Source: an uncultured candidatus Porisulfidus sp.
GTDB taxonomy: Bacteria > Pseudomonadota > Gammaproteobacteria > Poriferisulfidales > Oxydemutatoraceae
DNA: 64,000 nt
Reading direction: 5' to 3'
Assembly (NCBI GenBank): GCA_965215125.1
Contig: OZ244052.1
Location: forward strand, 480,001-544,000
The translations under genes and the position numbers were made by a program. Below, piece by piece: positions 1 through 9,721 of the stretch (the first letter of the stretch is position 1; each line of letters begins with the position of its first letter). Under the pieces are notes generated by a model. That model was not told where the DNA came from, did no database searches, and saw nothing but the letters and a program-made list of their open reading frames with translations.

Positions 1-843
1 GAATAAAGGTTCCTGCGGTTCAAAATTTTGGAGGCTAATATTGCGTTCTTTCAAATCCGCAACAGAAAGCCACGGCTTAAATTTTTTATCCAACAACGAT
101 TCGTAGTCGCCGCCTATCTCCACATAAACTCCTACCGGCTTTTGCGACATCCAACCGTGTCTTTTTATATAATTAGCTACGCTACCGATTGCATCGGCCC
201 GACTATTCCATAAATCTCTGACACCGTCATTATCAAAATCAACCGCATAACTCCTATAACTGCTTGAAATAAATTGTCCCGTTCCCATGGCACCGGCGTA
301 AGAGCCTTTGAGTTTATCGCATTGCAGTGTACTTTCTTGACGACACAGTAACAAAAACTCGCTTAGTTCCTGCTTAAAAAAATCGGCTCTGCGAGGATAA
401 TCAAAACCTAAGGTGACCAGTGTGCTGAATACCGGAAAACTACCGGTGTTTCTTCCATAAAAGGTCTCTACACCGATAATTGCAACGATCAGTGATGCCG
501 GCACACCGAACTCCGTCTCGGCTTGCTCTAGAAAATCCTTATATTGTTCCCGAAACAATACACCACCGCTAATGCGCAACGGGGTAATAAATATTTCTTT
601 GTATTCCGGCCACGGCTTAGCCTCCGCCGGCCTATCCATCGCCGCAATCGCTCGCTCTTGTTTTATCGCACCTTTGAATTTTTGCTCTAGATCGGCACGG
701 TCAAATGCGTGCATAGCGACCATCTGATCTATATAGGCTTTAACATCGTCGCGTTTATAGTAATCCTCGGCAGCCGTGAAATCGGCCAGCAATAGAATTA
801 AAAAAATACTAGGCAACAAACGCGCATACAAAAATACATTCAT
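1..843 (-). CDS. mltB: Lytic murein transglycosylase B (runs off the left window edge)
   Basis: Not in the ORF track. Manual translation from ATG at 843 (ATGA overlap with the rodA stop) gives MNVFLYARLL...AMDRPAEAKPWPEYKEIFITPLRISGG...; position downstream of rodA is typical. Confidence 0.9.
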   Translation of the reverse strand, partial: MNVFLYARLLPSIFLILLLADFTAAEDYYKRDDVKAYIDQMVAMHAFDRADLEQKFKGAIKQERAIAAMDRPAEAKPWPEYKEIFITPLRISGGVLFREQYKDFLEQAETEFGVPASLIVAIIGVETFYGRNTGSFPVFSTLVTLGFDYPRRADFFKQELSEFLLLCRQESTLQCDKLKGSYAGAMGTGQFISSSYRSYAVDFDNDGVRDLWNSRADAIGSVANYIKRHGWMSQKPVGVYVEIGGDYESLLDKKFKPWLSVADLKERNISLQNFEPQEPLF

Positions 844-1985
844 AATCTCTGACTCATCATCGGGCGGTGCCTAAGTACCGATATTAACATACCGAAAGAT
901 GCCAATACCGATACGACCGAACTTCCGCCATAACTCATTAACGGCAAAGGCACACCTACAACCGGTAGTAGCCCGCTAACCATGGCAACACTAATAAAAA
1001 AGTAGGTAGCAAAAGAAAATGTCAAGCTCCCTGCCAACAGGCGACCGAAATAATCCGCTGCGTTGAGTGTGATTATTATACCCCTAACAACTATGGCAAG
1101 GTATATTAAAATCAATAAACAGCAACCTATAAAACCAAATTCTTCGGCAAACACCGAAAAAACGAAATCGGTTGAATGTTCGGGAACAAAGCCCAAATAC
1201 GACTGGGTGCCGTTCAACCAGCCTTTACCCCATAGCCCCCCCGAACCGATGGCAACCTTTGATTGATAAATATGATAACCGCCTTCGGCAAGGTAATTTT
1301 CCGGGTTTAAGAACACGATAATACGCTGCCTTTGATATTCGTGTAGCGAGTCCCATATCGGTACCGACAAAGAAGCCAACAAGACTACAAATAATAGAAT
1401 CCACGACCATCGTATGCCGGCTAAAAAGATGACCCATGCAGCGGAGATAAAAATTAACACCGATGTGCCTAAATCGGGTTGTTTGAGAACTAAAATAATC
1501 GGTATCGCTACAACAATCAGTGCCAACAATATAGAACTTAACGACGGTGGATAGTGCTCACGACTTGCGAATATCTTGCAAAGGAATAAAGGCACCGCAA
1601 ATTTAAGTATCTCCGACGGCTGGAAGGTTAGCAACCATAGATTGAGCCATCGTTGCGCGCCTCTGCCCACTTCTCCTACAATTAATACAAAAACTAGAAG
1701 TATCAAACCTGCGGCATATAATAACCATGCCCATCTGCGATAAACGATCAAAGGCACCGACGCAAACGCGATAAAGCAGACAAAGCCTATAGCCAAGCGC
1801 CACCCTTGCTTCCATAACAACTCGGTACTTTGCCCTCCCGAACTGTATAGCATGATTAAACCCAAACACGATAACGTAAGAAGCAAAATCAATAGCGGAT
1901 AATCTATCTTTGAAAATATATCTCTCGCTAAAATTCGTAATTTAACAAAGGAAATGACATTCCAATTAGTAACATCGGTGACCAT
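840..1985 (-). CDS. rodA: Rod shape-determining SEDS glycosyltransferase RodA
   Basis: GAQRWL, FQPSE, QPDLGT, GSGGLWGKG, PEHSTDF and PLMSYGGSS motifs; follows PBP2. Confidence 0.97.
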   Translation of the reverse strand: MVTDVTNWNVISFVKLRILARDIFSKIDYPLLILLLTLSCLGLIMLYSSGGQSTELLWKQGWRLAIGFVCFIAFASVPLIVYRRWAWLLYAAGLILLVFVLIVGEVGRGAQRWLNLWLLTFQPSEILKFAVPLFLCKIFASREHYPPSLSSILLALIVVAIPIILVLKQPDLGTSVLIFISAAWVIFLAGIRWSWILLFVVLLASLSVPIWDSLHEYQRQRIIVFLNPENYLAEGGYHIYQSKVAIGSGGLWGKGWLNGTQSYLGFVPEHSTDFVFSVFAEEFGFIGCCLLILIYLAIVVRGIIITLNAADYFGRLLAGSLTFSFATYFFISVAMVSGLLPVVGVPLPLMSYGGSSVVSVLASFGMLISVLRHRPMMSQRL

Positions 1986-3839
1986 CTATTCGATATGCTC
2001 TAAAGCACTTAGAGTCGTTTTTCCGAAATAGGCATCTAAGACTCGGCGAGCAACCGGAGCTGCATATTTTGAACCGCTACCGCTATGCTCAACGACGACC
2101 GCAATTGCAATTTCCGGTGTCGACGGTGGTGCAAAGCCGATAAACATCGCATGGTCACGCAACTCTCTCTGCAATTCAACTTCTTTTTCTTTCTTTCTAT
2201 CAAGAATACGACGAGTTTGTACGGTACCGGTTTTGCCGGCAATTTTATATTCGGCAAATTGCCCGATTCTATAAGCGGTTCCGTTGGGACGGTGTACCGT
2301 ATCGATCATCGCGTCTATCACATAATCCCAATCTTGTTGCGAATTATCACTGAGCTGTACGGGTGATTCGGGTGTTTTCTTTTGCCACTCGGTCCGCCCT
2401 GTTTTGCGGTGTGCCTGCACTAAATAAGGAGTTACTTTTTTTCCTCTATTGGCAAGCGTTGCGGTCATTACCGCTAGCTGTAAGGGGGTTGCCAATAAAT
2501 AACCTTGTCCTATGCCCATCATGATCGTTTCTGCCGGAAACCATTTTTCGTTGCGTTTAGAATATTTCCAGTGCGGGGTCGGCACCAAACCCGACGCCTC
2601 GGAAGTCGTATCAATTTTTGTTTTGTTTCCTAATCCAAATTCCTCAAGGAAAGAAGACAATTTCGACACACCCATGCGATAGGCGACATCGTAAAAGAAT
2701 ACATCGCACGACTGCGTTATCGACAAACTTAAATCGACTAAACCGTGTCCGTCCTTTCGCCAATCTCTGTAATGACGTTTGAAACCGGGAATCTGATAAT
2801 AAGGGCCCGCATACATCCGATACGACGGATCCACGATTTTGAATTTCAAAGCAGCCAATGCGACTACCGGCTTGAGCGTAGAACCGGGTGCATACTGTCC
2901 ACTAAGCGCACGATGAAAAAAAGGATTAAATGAATTATCGGCGTTTAGCTCTCGGTATTTTTTCTCCGAAAAACTATAGGTAAATAAATTAGGGTTGAAG
3001 GTCGGCTTACTAACCATCGCCAACACACCACCGCTACGCGGATCCAATACCACAACCGCCCCTTGATGTTCTGCCAATGCCTCGTAGGCAGCCCGCTGCA
3101 AGTGAGTATCCACAGTCAACATAATATCGTCGCCGGCCTGCGCGGGACGCAAATCGGTACTTGCGAGTATCTTTCTATGCGCATTAACCTCCACTCTACG
3201 CAAACCTAATTTTCCGCGTAGCATAGGTTCATAATATTTTTCTATGCCGGTCTTGCCTATATCATCCCGACGCAAATAATTTTTTTTATCAATTCTGCCT
3301 AAATCTTCGGAATCTACGGTACCGACATAACCTACGACATGCGAAAACAAATCATTCTCGGGATAATAACGAACTAGACGACCGACGACTTCTAGTTCCG
3401 GCATACGATAAAGTTCGGAAGCTATCCGTGCCACTTCCTCCTCGAATAGATTGGAGCGTAAAACCAATCTGTGGGAATTCGGATTTGTCCTAATTCTATT
3501 TTCCAAATCGGATAGTGCTCGGGCATCTAGATTCGACAAACTTTGCAACTTTTCTATAACGGTATCTCTATCGGTAATTAGATCGGGTAAAAGTTCGAGG
3601 TCGTAGCTCGTGCGGTTTCCCGCCAGGACCCGCCCTTTGCTATCGTATATAAGTCCACGCTGTGGGCTAATAGAAGTTAGATCGAAGCGATTGCCGTCCG
3701 ATGTTGTTTGATAGTCGCTATATTGGGTAACTTGCAAATTATATAAGTTATATAGCAGTAATGAGAGCAACCCCAAAATAATAATGGCAGCGGTTATAAC
3801 TCTAGCCTTAAAAAGTCGCTTGGGTATATAATCCGCCAC
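1986..3839 (-). CDS. mrdA: Penicillin-binding protein 2
   Basis: N-terminal TM, RGLIYD, PGSTLKP (SxxK), SCD (SxD), KTGT. Confidence 0.97.
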   Translation of the reverse strand: MADYIPKRLFKARVITAAIIILGLLSLLLYNLYNLQVTQYSDYQTTSDGNRFDLTSISPQRGLIYDSKGRVLAGNRTSYDLELLPDLITDRDTVIEKLQSLSNLDARALSDLENRIRTNPNSHRLVLRSNLFEEEVARIASELYRMPELEVVGRLVRYYPENDLFSHVVGYVGTVDSEDLGRIDKKNYLRRDDIGKTGIEKYYEPMLRGKLGLRRVEVNAHRKILASTDLRPAQAGDDIMLTVDTHLQRAAYEALAEHQGAVVVLDPRSGGVLAMVSKPTFNPNLFTYSFSEKKYRELNADNSFNPFFHRALSGQYAPGSTLKPVVALAALKFKIVDPSYRMYAGPYYQIPGFKRHYRDWRKDGHGLVDLSLSITQSCDVFFYDVAYRMGVSKLSSFLEEFGLGNKTKIDTTSEASGLVPTPHWKYSKRNEKWFPAETIMMGIGQGYLLATPLQLAVMTATLANRGKKVTPYLVQAHRKTGRTEWQKKTPESPVQLSDNSQQDWDYVIDAMIDTVHRPNGTAYRIGQFAEYKIAGKTGTVQTRRILDRKKEKEVELQRELRDHAMFIGFAPPSTPEIAIAVVVEHSGSGSKYAAPVARRVLDAYFGKTTLSALEHIE

Positions 3840-3851
3840 TATTGGTAAATG

Positions 3852-4379
3852 CTATGATTTATAACGTTTGATGCTTTCGCTAATCTCTTGCTGCATTTTT
3901 TCGGGTGCCAACCAACCTTCTACTTTTACCCATTTATCGGCCTCGAGCTTCTTATAATGTTCAAAAAAGTGGACAATTTGATCAAGCAGATTTTGGTCCA
4001 ACTGTTCTACACTTTCTATGTGGTCGTAGCCGCTATTCATACCTTTTTTAGGCACTGCCAGCAATTTAAGATCACGGCCCGATTCATCGCTCATGTCGAG
4101 CGCACCCAAAGGGCGACTCGGTATCACACACCCTACCATCAAAGGCACCGACGTGACAACTAAAACATCCAAGGGGTCACCATCCTCGGAGAGAGTTTGA
4201 GGAACAAAACCATAATTTGCAGGGTAATACATAGGAACATTCATAAACCTGTCAATCCATACCGAGTTACTCTCTTTATCCAGTTCGTACTTGATGGGAT
4301 CGGCATGCGCCGGTATTTCTATGACAACGTTCAGTACCTCGGAAGTTGAGTCGGTCGCAGGTATTCTGTCTATATTCAT
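3852..4379 (-). CDS. ppa: Inorganic pyrophosphatase (family I)
   Basis: YPANYGFVPQTLSEDGDPLDVLV and HFFEHYK. Start moved to the ATG at 4379 (MNIDRIP) to avoid overlap with grxD. Confidence 0.95.
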   Translation of the reverse strand: MNIDRIPATDSTSEVLNVVIEIPAHADPIKYELDKESNSVWIDRFMNVPMYYPANYGFVPQTLSEDGDPLDVLVVTSVPLMVGCVIPSRPLGALDMSDESGRDLKLLAVPKKGMNSGYDHIESVEQLDQNLLDQIVHFFEHYKKLEADKWVKVEGWLAPEKMQQEISESIKRYKS

Positions 4380-4392
4380 GTTCTGAGATCTT

Positions 4393-4722
4393 TTATTGTT
4401 GAGCAGATGTTGCAACGGCATCGGTCACCATTTTCTGCAACTCACCTTTCTCAAACAGTTCAACCACGATGTCACACCCACCGACCAATTCACCGTTGAT
4501 ATAAATCTGGGGGAATGTAGGCCAGTTTGCAAAACGGGGTAGATTCTGAAAAATATCGGGATCCAACAATACATTGACATATGCGAATTCATGACCGCAA
4601 TGTTGCAACGCCATAGCTGCCCTACTTGAAAAACCACATTGCGGCATCTGAGGGGTACCTTTCATATAGATAATAACGGCATTATCTTCAACCTGTTTTT
4701 TAATTTTGTCCATTATATTCAT
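4393..4722 (-). CDS. grxD: Monothiol glutaredoxin Grx4
   Basis: KGTPQMPQCGFS, WPTFPQIY and GGCD motifs. Confidence 0.96.
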   Translation of the reverse strand: MNIMDKIKKQVEDNAVIIYMKGTPQMPQCGFSSRAAMALQHCGHEFAYVNVLLDPDIFQNLPRFANWPTFPQIYINGELVGGCDIVVELFEKGELQKMVTDAVATSAQQ

Positions 4723-4848
4723 TGAGTTTCTCCAATCATAAAATCATTAAATTATATACAAAGTAAGCATTATCCTATTGTACAAGGCTTTGACGGAGAT
4801 ACAATATGACGGACGAAATAAAAACTCGTCCTTATTGAAAGGTCTAAA

Positions 4849-5661
4849 TCAATAGAAAGCTGTGCGGCGGCGGTGATAGTATTTGACATCGCGAAACGAT
4901 GCCCTGCCTTCTTTACCGACACCCATATAGAGTTCTTGTATATCCTCGCGTTCCATCATCTCTTTTGCACTACCTTTGGTAACAACACGGCCGTTTTCTA
5001 TAACATAACCGTAATCTGCATAATTTAAGGCGATGACCGCATTCTGTTCGGCAACCAAGAAACTAACCCCTTCATTCTTATTTAAGTCCCTGACTATCCT
5101 AAACACCTCTTCGACAAACTGCGGTGCTAATCCCATAGAGGGTTCATCCAAAAGGATAAGGCGCGGACGCGCCATCAGTGCGCGACCTATCGCAGTCATT
5201 TGTTGCTCGCCACCCGATGTGAAACCGGTTAGACTTTTACGTCGATCCCGAATACGCGGAAAATACTCGTAGACTTTTTCTAAATCTTCTTTTATTTCGG
5301 CTTGGGTTGCCGTCTTTCTTATAAAAGAACCCGTTAATAGATTCTCTTCGACGCTAAGACGAGGAAAACAGTGGCGCCCCTCGAGAACCTGAACCACGCC
5401 TCCTTTGACTAGATCGTACGGCATCATTTCGGCAATATTATCACCGTTGTATTCTATAGAACCTTTGGTCACCACACCTCGTTCGGCATGTAATAAATTT
5501 GAGCATGCTTTGAGTGTAGTGGTTTTTCCGGCACCGTTGGCACCCAACAACGAGACGACACTCCCTTCGGGCACTTCCAAGGTTACACCGCGCAATGCCA
5601 GTATCACCTGACTATATACAACTTCTATGTTTTGTATCGATAGTAGTATTTTTCCTACCAT
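4849..5661 (-). CDS. Branched-chain amino acid-type ABC transporter ATP-binding subunit (LivF-like)
   Basis: Walker A GANGAGKTT, SGGEQQM, LLDEPSMGLAP, EQN. Confidence 0.92.
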   Translation of the reverse strand: MVGKILLSIQNIEVVYSQVILALRGVTLEVPEGSVVSLLGANGAGKTTTLKACSNLLHAERGVVTKGSIEYNGDNIAEMMPYDLVKGGVVQVLEGRHCFPRLSVEENLLTGSFIRKTATQAEIKEDLEKVYEYFPRIRDRRKSLTGFTSGGEQQMTAIGRALMARPRLILLDEPSMGLAPQFVEEVFRIVRDLNKNEGVSFLVAEQNAVIALNYADYGYVIENGRVVTKGSAKEMMEREDIQELYMGVGKEGRASFRDVKYYHRRRTAFY

Positions 5662-5682
5662 AGCTTATCTTGATTCTCGATT

Positions 5683-5721
5683 AAAAAAAGAGGGCAGGAA
5701 GATATTTAATCTCCCTACCCT
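5683..5721 (-). terminator. Putative intrinsic terminator or attenuator between the SBP and ATPase genes
   Basis: Imperfect hairpin (agggcaggaagat/atctccctaccct) followed by a T run on the minus strand. Confidence 0.55.
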
Positions 5722-5749
5722 TATTCACATATAATTGATTATTTATGAA

Positions 5750-7111
5750 TTAAATATCGAAGTTATCTCTATCTTCCGGATTGTTGCAATCGCGTTGCTT
5801 GAACTCAGGATTTTCTTCAACGTATTTTGCGGCGTTTTCATTCACGACTTGGCGAGAAAAATCGCTACTGCCGTCAATCCAATCGCTAATCAACTTCCAC
5901 TCGCGTGCATTGGCATCCCATTGCTGGAAACGTGCCAAGTGCACAGCTGCATGATCCATGCAGGTTACCTGTATAGGCGGTACGACATCCATCAGACCCA
6001 TTTCGTTCAGATCATCTTGGGTTAAGTGGATGTTTTCAAAACCCCAGCGCACTTGTGCGCTTGAAAGTTCTTTACCGAAACGCTTTTGCGCAACACGGAT
6101 TGCCTCCGAAGACATAACCGCAGCCCAAAGGCCTAAGTTCCAGTAGACACTCCCTATGCGAGAACGATCTTCCAGATCACCTTTGCCTCGGTTGTAAAGA
6201 CTTTCGATAATTTCCTGGGCCACCGGGAAATCGGTACCGGCACGATGCACTGTCACCGCTTGATAGCCGTCCGCCGTTTTACCGGCAGGAATTACATCTT
6301 CGTCCGAATTGCTCCACTCGTTGCCGATTAGATTAGACACCGAGTAGCCGGTGCGAGCGGCAGTCTGCATAGCGACCGGATTCATAACACCCCAACCTCT
6401 TAAAAAGACATAAGCGGGCTTGAGTTTACGAATCTTCAGCCATTGAGAACCTTGCTCGTTACCGGGGTGGGGAACTTCTATAGGCTCGTGTGTGAAACCG
6501 TATTGCTCACCTAATCCGGTCAAGAACTCATTGGCTTCACGGCCATAAGGCGAACCGTGATATAAGGTCACGATAGTCTCACCTTTGAGTTTATCCATGC
6601 CTCCCATTTGCTGACCCATGTGCTTAATCGTTGCAAAAGCAAAGTCATAAGCATTGGTGCCCAAAGGGAATTGATAAGGGAAAACATCGCCGCGTTCGGT
6701 TTCCGTTCTACCGTGGTTTACACTGATAATGGAAATTTTATCACGACGTCCTTGCTCAATTAGGCCGGATGATATACCTACACTCAGAGGGTCAAAATAA
6801 AGAGCTTCACCTAAGTCACTTTTCTTTTGACGGTGATAGCATTCTATACCTTTAGTTCTGTTGTATTCTGTTTCGCATTCGTCCCAGACTACCTTGACGC
6901 CACCAATACCACCATCGCGCTCGTTCAAGAGCGTGTAGTAGTCAATGATGCCTCCAAAATAGCCGGTACCGCCTGCGGCATAGGGACCAGTTCGGTAGAC
7001 AGGCATAGGAACATAGTATTGCGCATCAGCTCCATGATTGCCTGCAGCTGCCGGGAGCGAACCCAACAACATGGTTACCATCGTGGTCGTAAGTACGAGT
7101 AATTTTTTCAT
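5750..7111 (-). CDS. ABC transporter substrate-binding protein (LivJ/type I periplasmic binding fold)
   Basis: Signal peptide MKKLLVL...AAA, YRTGPYAAGG, NERDGGIGG, WGVMNP. Start set at 7111, after a GGAGGA RBS. Confidence 0.88.
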   Translation of the reverse strand: MKKLLVLTTTMVTMLLGSLPAAAGNHGADAQYYVPMPVYRTGPYAAGGTGYFGGIIDYYTLLNERDGGIGGVKVVWDECETEYNRTKGIECYHRQKKSDLGEALYFDPLSVGISSGLIEQGRRDKISIISVNHGRTETERGDVFPYQFPLGTNAYDFAFATIKHMGQQMGGMDKLKGETIVTLYHGSPYGREANEFLTGLGEQYGFTHEPIEVPHPGNEQGSQWLKIRKLKPAYVFLRGWGVMNPVAMQTAARTGYSVSNLIGNEWSNSDEDVIPAGKTADGYQAVTVHRAGTDFPVAQEIIESLYNRGKGDLEDRSRIGSVYWNLGLWAAVMSSEAIRVAQKRFGKELSSAQVRWGFENIHLTQDDLNEMGLMDVVPPIQVTCMDHAAVHLARFQQWDANAREWKLISDWIDGSSDFSRQVVNENAAKYVEENPEFKQRDCNNPEDRDNFDI

Positions 7112-7231
7112 TATTTCCTCCATAATTACTTTTGATCAAAAGTCACTGCGTCCTTGCAGCTTCCTTACTAAAATTTTAACTAGTTACTATTAACTAATTA
7201 ACTAGGCTCCCTTAAGCTCTCGTCCTTGAGA
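7112..7231 (-). promoter_or_regulatory. 5' leader with multiple GGA motifs in hairpin loops (CsrA/RsmA-binding-like)
   Basis: Minus strand has TCTC-AAGGAC-GAGA (7231-7218), GCT-TAAGGG-AGC (7217-7206), AAGGAAG, CTGC-AAGGAC-GCAG (7159-7146), then ATGGAGG overlapping the RBS. Confidence 0.6.
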
Positions 7232-7411
7232 AATTGCATAATGGAGTCTATCTAAACGAAGTAACCTACCATATATTCAAACATACTGCAATAATTCACA
7301 AAAATTATATTAAATTACTATGTTTTACTTGCCTCGATGGTGTGTAATATATTAATTTTAGCTGTTTCATGCGACTTTTGAATTTATGATAGACCACGCC
7401 CGCAGAGGCAG

Positions 7412-7686
7412 AATAGAGCCGCCGATTGAACCGGTAGGTTAATCGGCAATTCAATGATGTCCGTCCTAAAGTTTAATACTTGCACAAATCCAATCGCTTT
7501 GCGCCACCCGATAATGGTTTCCATATTTGACAACCACCCCGTCAGGCTCAATAGAACCGCCGATTGAACCGGCAGGTCAATCGGCGTGACTTTGTTCAGA
7601 ACCTCAACATGATTGCTAATCGCATGCATTGCAAAATGCATAGGCCACCCCTCCGAAGGAGGGGAATGTACCGTCCTACAGTTTGT
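7412..7686. repeat. Mosaic of REP-like palindromic repeats (families A, B and C)
   Basis: Two AGAACCGCCGATTGA..TCAATCGGC units (7412-7447, 7550-7610), CAACCACCCCGTCAGGC (7531-7547), CCCCTCCGAAGGAGGGGAAT (7644-7671) and GTCCTACA. Confidence 0.85.
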
Positions 7687-7821
7687 AGATACTTTTTCAA
7701 CGACCTGATTTCATTTTATTGTAACATATACACTTGAAAATTCTTGAAATTAAAAATACCGCCCCTACATGTTAGTCAATTTGTTGTAGCACACATACCA
7801 ACGAACAATCAAAACTCATAA

Positions 7822-8940
7822 ATGCTGAATACTCTTCTCAAAAAAAAGTATCAAGTGCTTCTCGAAAAAGCGGATATAAAAATTAACGGCACCCGACCCT
7901 GGGACATACAGGTGCACAATGAAGATTTATACAAAAGAGTATCGCTACAAGGTTCCCTAGGTTTAGGCGAAGCCTATATGGACGGTTGGTGGGAATGCGA
8001 GCGCATAGAACAACTGGTGGTGCGAGTCTTCCGGTCCAAGATCTACGGTTCTATGAAATCCTTCTCGTATTTATACGATTTTTTTCTAAGTGTATGCCTC
8101 AATTTGCAGAAGATTAAGCGCGCTTTCCGCGTCGGAGAACTACACTACGACTTGGGTTACGAATTATTCGAAGCAATGCTCGATAAGCGTATGATTTATA
8201 GTTGCGGCTATTGGAAAACGGCAAATAACCTCGACGATGCGCAGGAGGCGAAACTCAAGCTGATCTTTGATAAGTTATTATTGAAACCCGGTATGCATCT
8301 GCTTGATATAGGCTGTGGTTGGGGTGGTGCCGCTCGCTACGCCGCCGAACATTACGATGTTTCGGTAACCGGTATTACAATTTCTAAAGAGCAAGCGCAC
8401 TACGCACAAAATAACTGTCGCGGACTACCCATAGAAATACATCTGCAAGACTATAGAAAATTGAATACACAATACGATCGTATTTATTCAATAGGAATGT
8501 TCGAACATGTAGGCTATAAAAATCACAAAACTTACCTTCAAGCCGTACGCAATGCTTTAACACCGGAAGGTTTATCGGTACTCCACACTATCGGTAACAA
8601 TACGACGAATTATATTACCGATCCTTGGATCTCCAAATATATATTCCCCAACTCTCTGATCCCTTCCGCAAAACAAATCACGACCGCTTGCGAAGATCGC
8701 TTCGTAATAGAAGATTGGCAAAATTTCGGGCTTGATTATGCCGAAACATTACTCGCATGGTTCGGTAATTTCAACGCACATTGGGAAAAACTAAAGCAAA
8801 GTTACGACCAGCGTTTTTACAGAATGTGGAAGTATTATTTGCTAAGTTGTGCCGGTGCTTTCTTGGCAAGGGATTGCAATACTTGGCAAATCGTCTTATC
8901 TCCGAACGGCACTCGGCAGTGCTATCACGCACCTAGATAA
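7822..8940 (+). CDS. cfa: Cyclopropane-fatty-acyl-phospholipid synthase
   Basis: GSLGLGEAYMDGWW, HYDLG, YSCGYW, LDIGCGWGG, GMFEHVG, RMWKYYL. Confidence 0.95.
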   Translation: MLNTLLKKKYQVLLEKADIKINGTRPWDIQVHNEDLYKRVSLQGSLGLGEAYMDGWWECERIEQLVVRVFRSKIYGSMKSFSYLYDFFLSVCLNLQKIKRAFRVGELHYDLGYELFEAMLDKRMIYSCGYWKTANNLDDAQEAKLKLIFDKLLLKPGMHLLDIGCGWGGAARYAAEHYDVSVTGITISKEQAHYAQNNCRGLPIEIHLQDYRKLNTQYDRIYSIGMFEHVGYKNHKTYLQAVRNALTPEGLSVLHTIGNNTTNYITDPWISKYIFPNSLIPSAKQITTACEDRFVIEDWQNFGLDYAETLLAWFGNFNAHWEKLKQSYDQRFYRMWKYYLLSCAGAFLARDCNTWQIVLSPNGTRQCYHAPR

Positions 8941-8944
8941 CGCT

Positions 8945-8975
8945 AAAAAACCGGGGCAATGCGCACATGCCCCGG
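8945..8975. terminator. Terminator hairpin between convergent cfa and comEA
   Basis: aaaaaa-ccggggca..tgccccgg, giving a U tract on the minus strand. Confidence 0.7.
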
Positions 8976-9006
8976 AATCCACTGAGAGATATGATATATA
9001 AATCCC

Positions 9007-9360
9007 TTAGTTCTCTTTATCTACCCTAGAGCGAGTTACTTTCGGGATAGGTACTTCCTCGGTAGGCATAACGTGTTCAATCGGTAAAACTTCGTTCTCT
9101 CGATCGGTTCCTACGCTTAGCATATCTCTATTTGCTTCTAAAATTGCCAATCCTATACCGTTCACCTTCAACAGATCGTCGACACGCTCGAAATGACCGT
9201 GCTTATCTCTGTATTCAATGATCGCAGCCGCTTTCACCGAACCGATATTATGCAATTCCGTAAACTGCTGCATCGTTGCAGTATTGATGTTGACCTCGGC
9301 ATGAACAAAAGCGGTAAAGCAAAAAACTGCCGTTGTCATAATAGTTTTAAGTAAATACAT
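9007..9360 (-). CDS. comEA: ComEA-family helix-hairpin-helix DNA-binding protein
   Basis: Signal peptide followed by VNINTA..L.NIG.VKA.AIIEYR..HG.F..VDDLLKVNGIG. Confidence 0.88.
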   Translation of the reverse strand: MYLLKTIMTTAVFCFTAFVHAEVNINTATMQQFTELHNIGSVKAAAIIEYRDKHGHFERVDDLLKVNGIGLAILEANRDMLSVGTDRENEVLPIEHVMPTEEVPIPKVTRSRVDKEN

Positions 9361-9485
9361 AGTTTTTCTCCTTTAAGTTAATGAAAAGGACTATCTTAAA
9401 ACCCTACATAATGGCAATTTTCGGCAATCCGTTAAACGGTAGCAAATATCCGACGAACGGTCATAGACCGTTTGTATACTGAATG

Positions 9486-9670
9486 ATAGAACCGCCGATT
9501 GAGCCAAGTAAACCCGCCACTTGAGCCGGTAGGTCAGTCGGCGTGACTTCGTACGAAATCTAAATATCGTGTCCATTAGGGATATTACATATACCAAAAT
9601 CAATCGGCGTGACGTCGTACAAAACCTCAACATCGGTATGTAGGACGGACAAGCTAGGGCTTGTCCTCAC
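9486..9670. repeat. Mosaic REP-like repeats (families B and C)
   Basis: ATAGAACCGCCGATTGAGCC..., CAATCGGCGTGAC..AACCTCAACAT (matches 7579-7610) and GTAGGACGGACAAGC..GCTTGTCC. Confidence 0.8.
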
Positions 9671-9721
9671 AGGCATAAAGTCATAGGGTGTGCAAATCGG
9701 ATACCTTATATGATGCAATGA

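Noticed and set aside
7384-7641. Short ORFs in repeat mosaics (also 9391-9633, 60025-60231, 61324-61634)
   Set aside because: They translate palindromic repeat DNA and show no convincing protein features.
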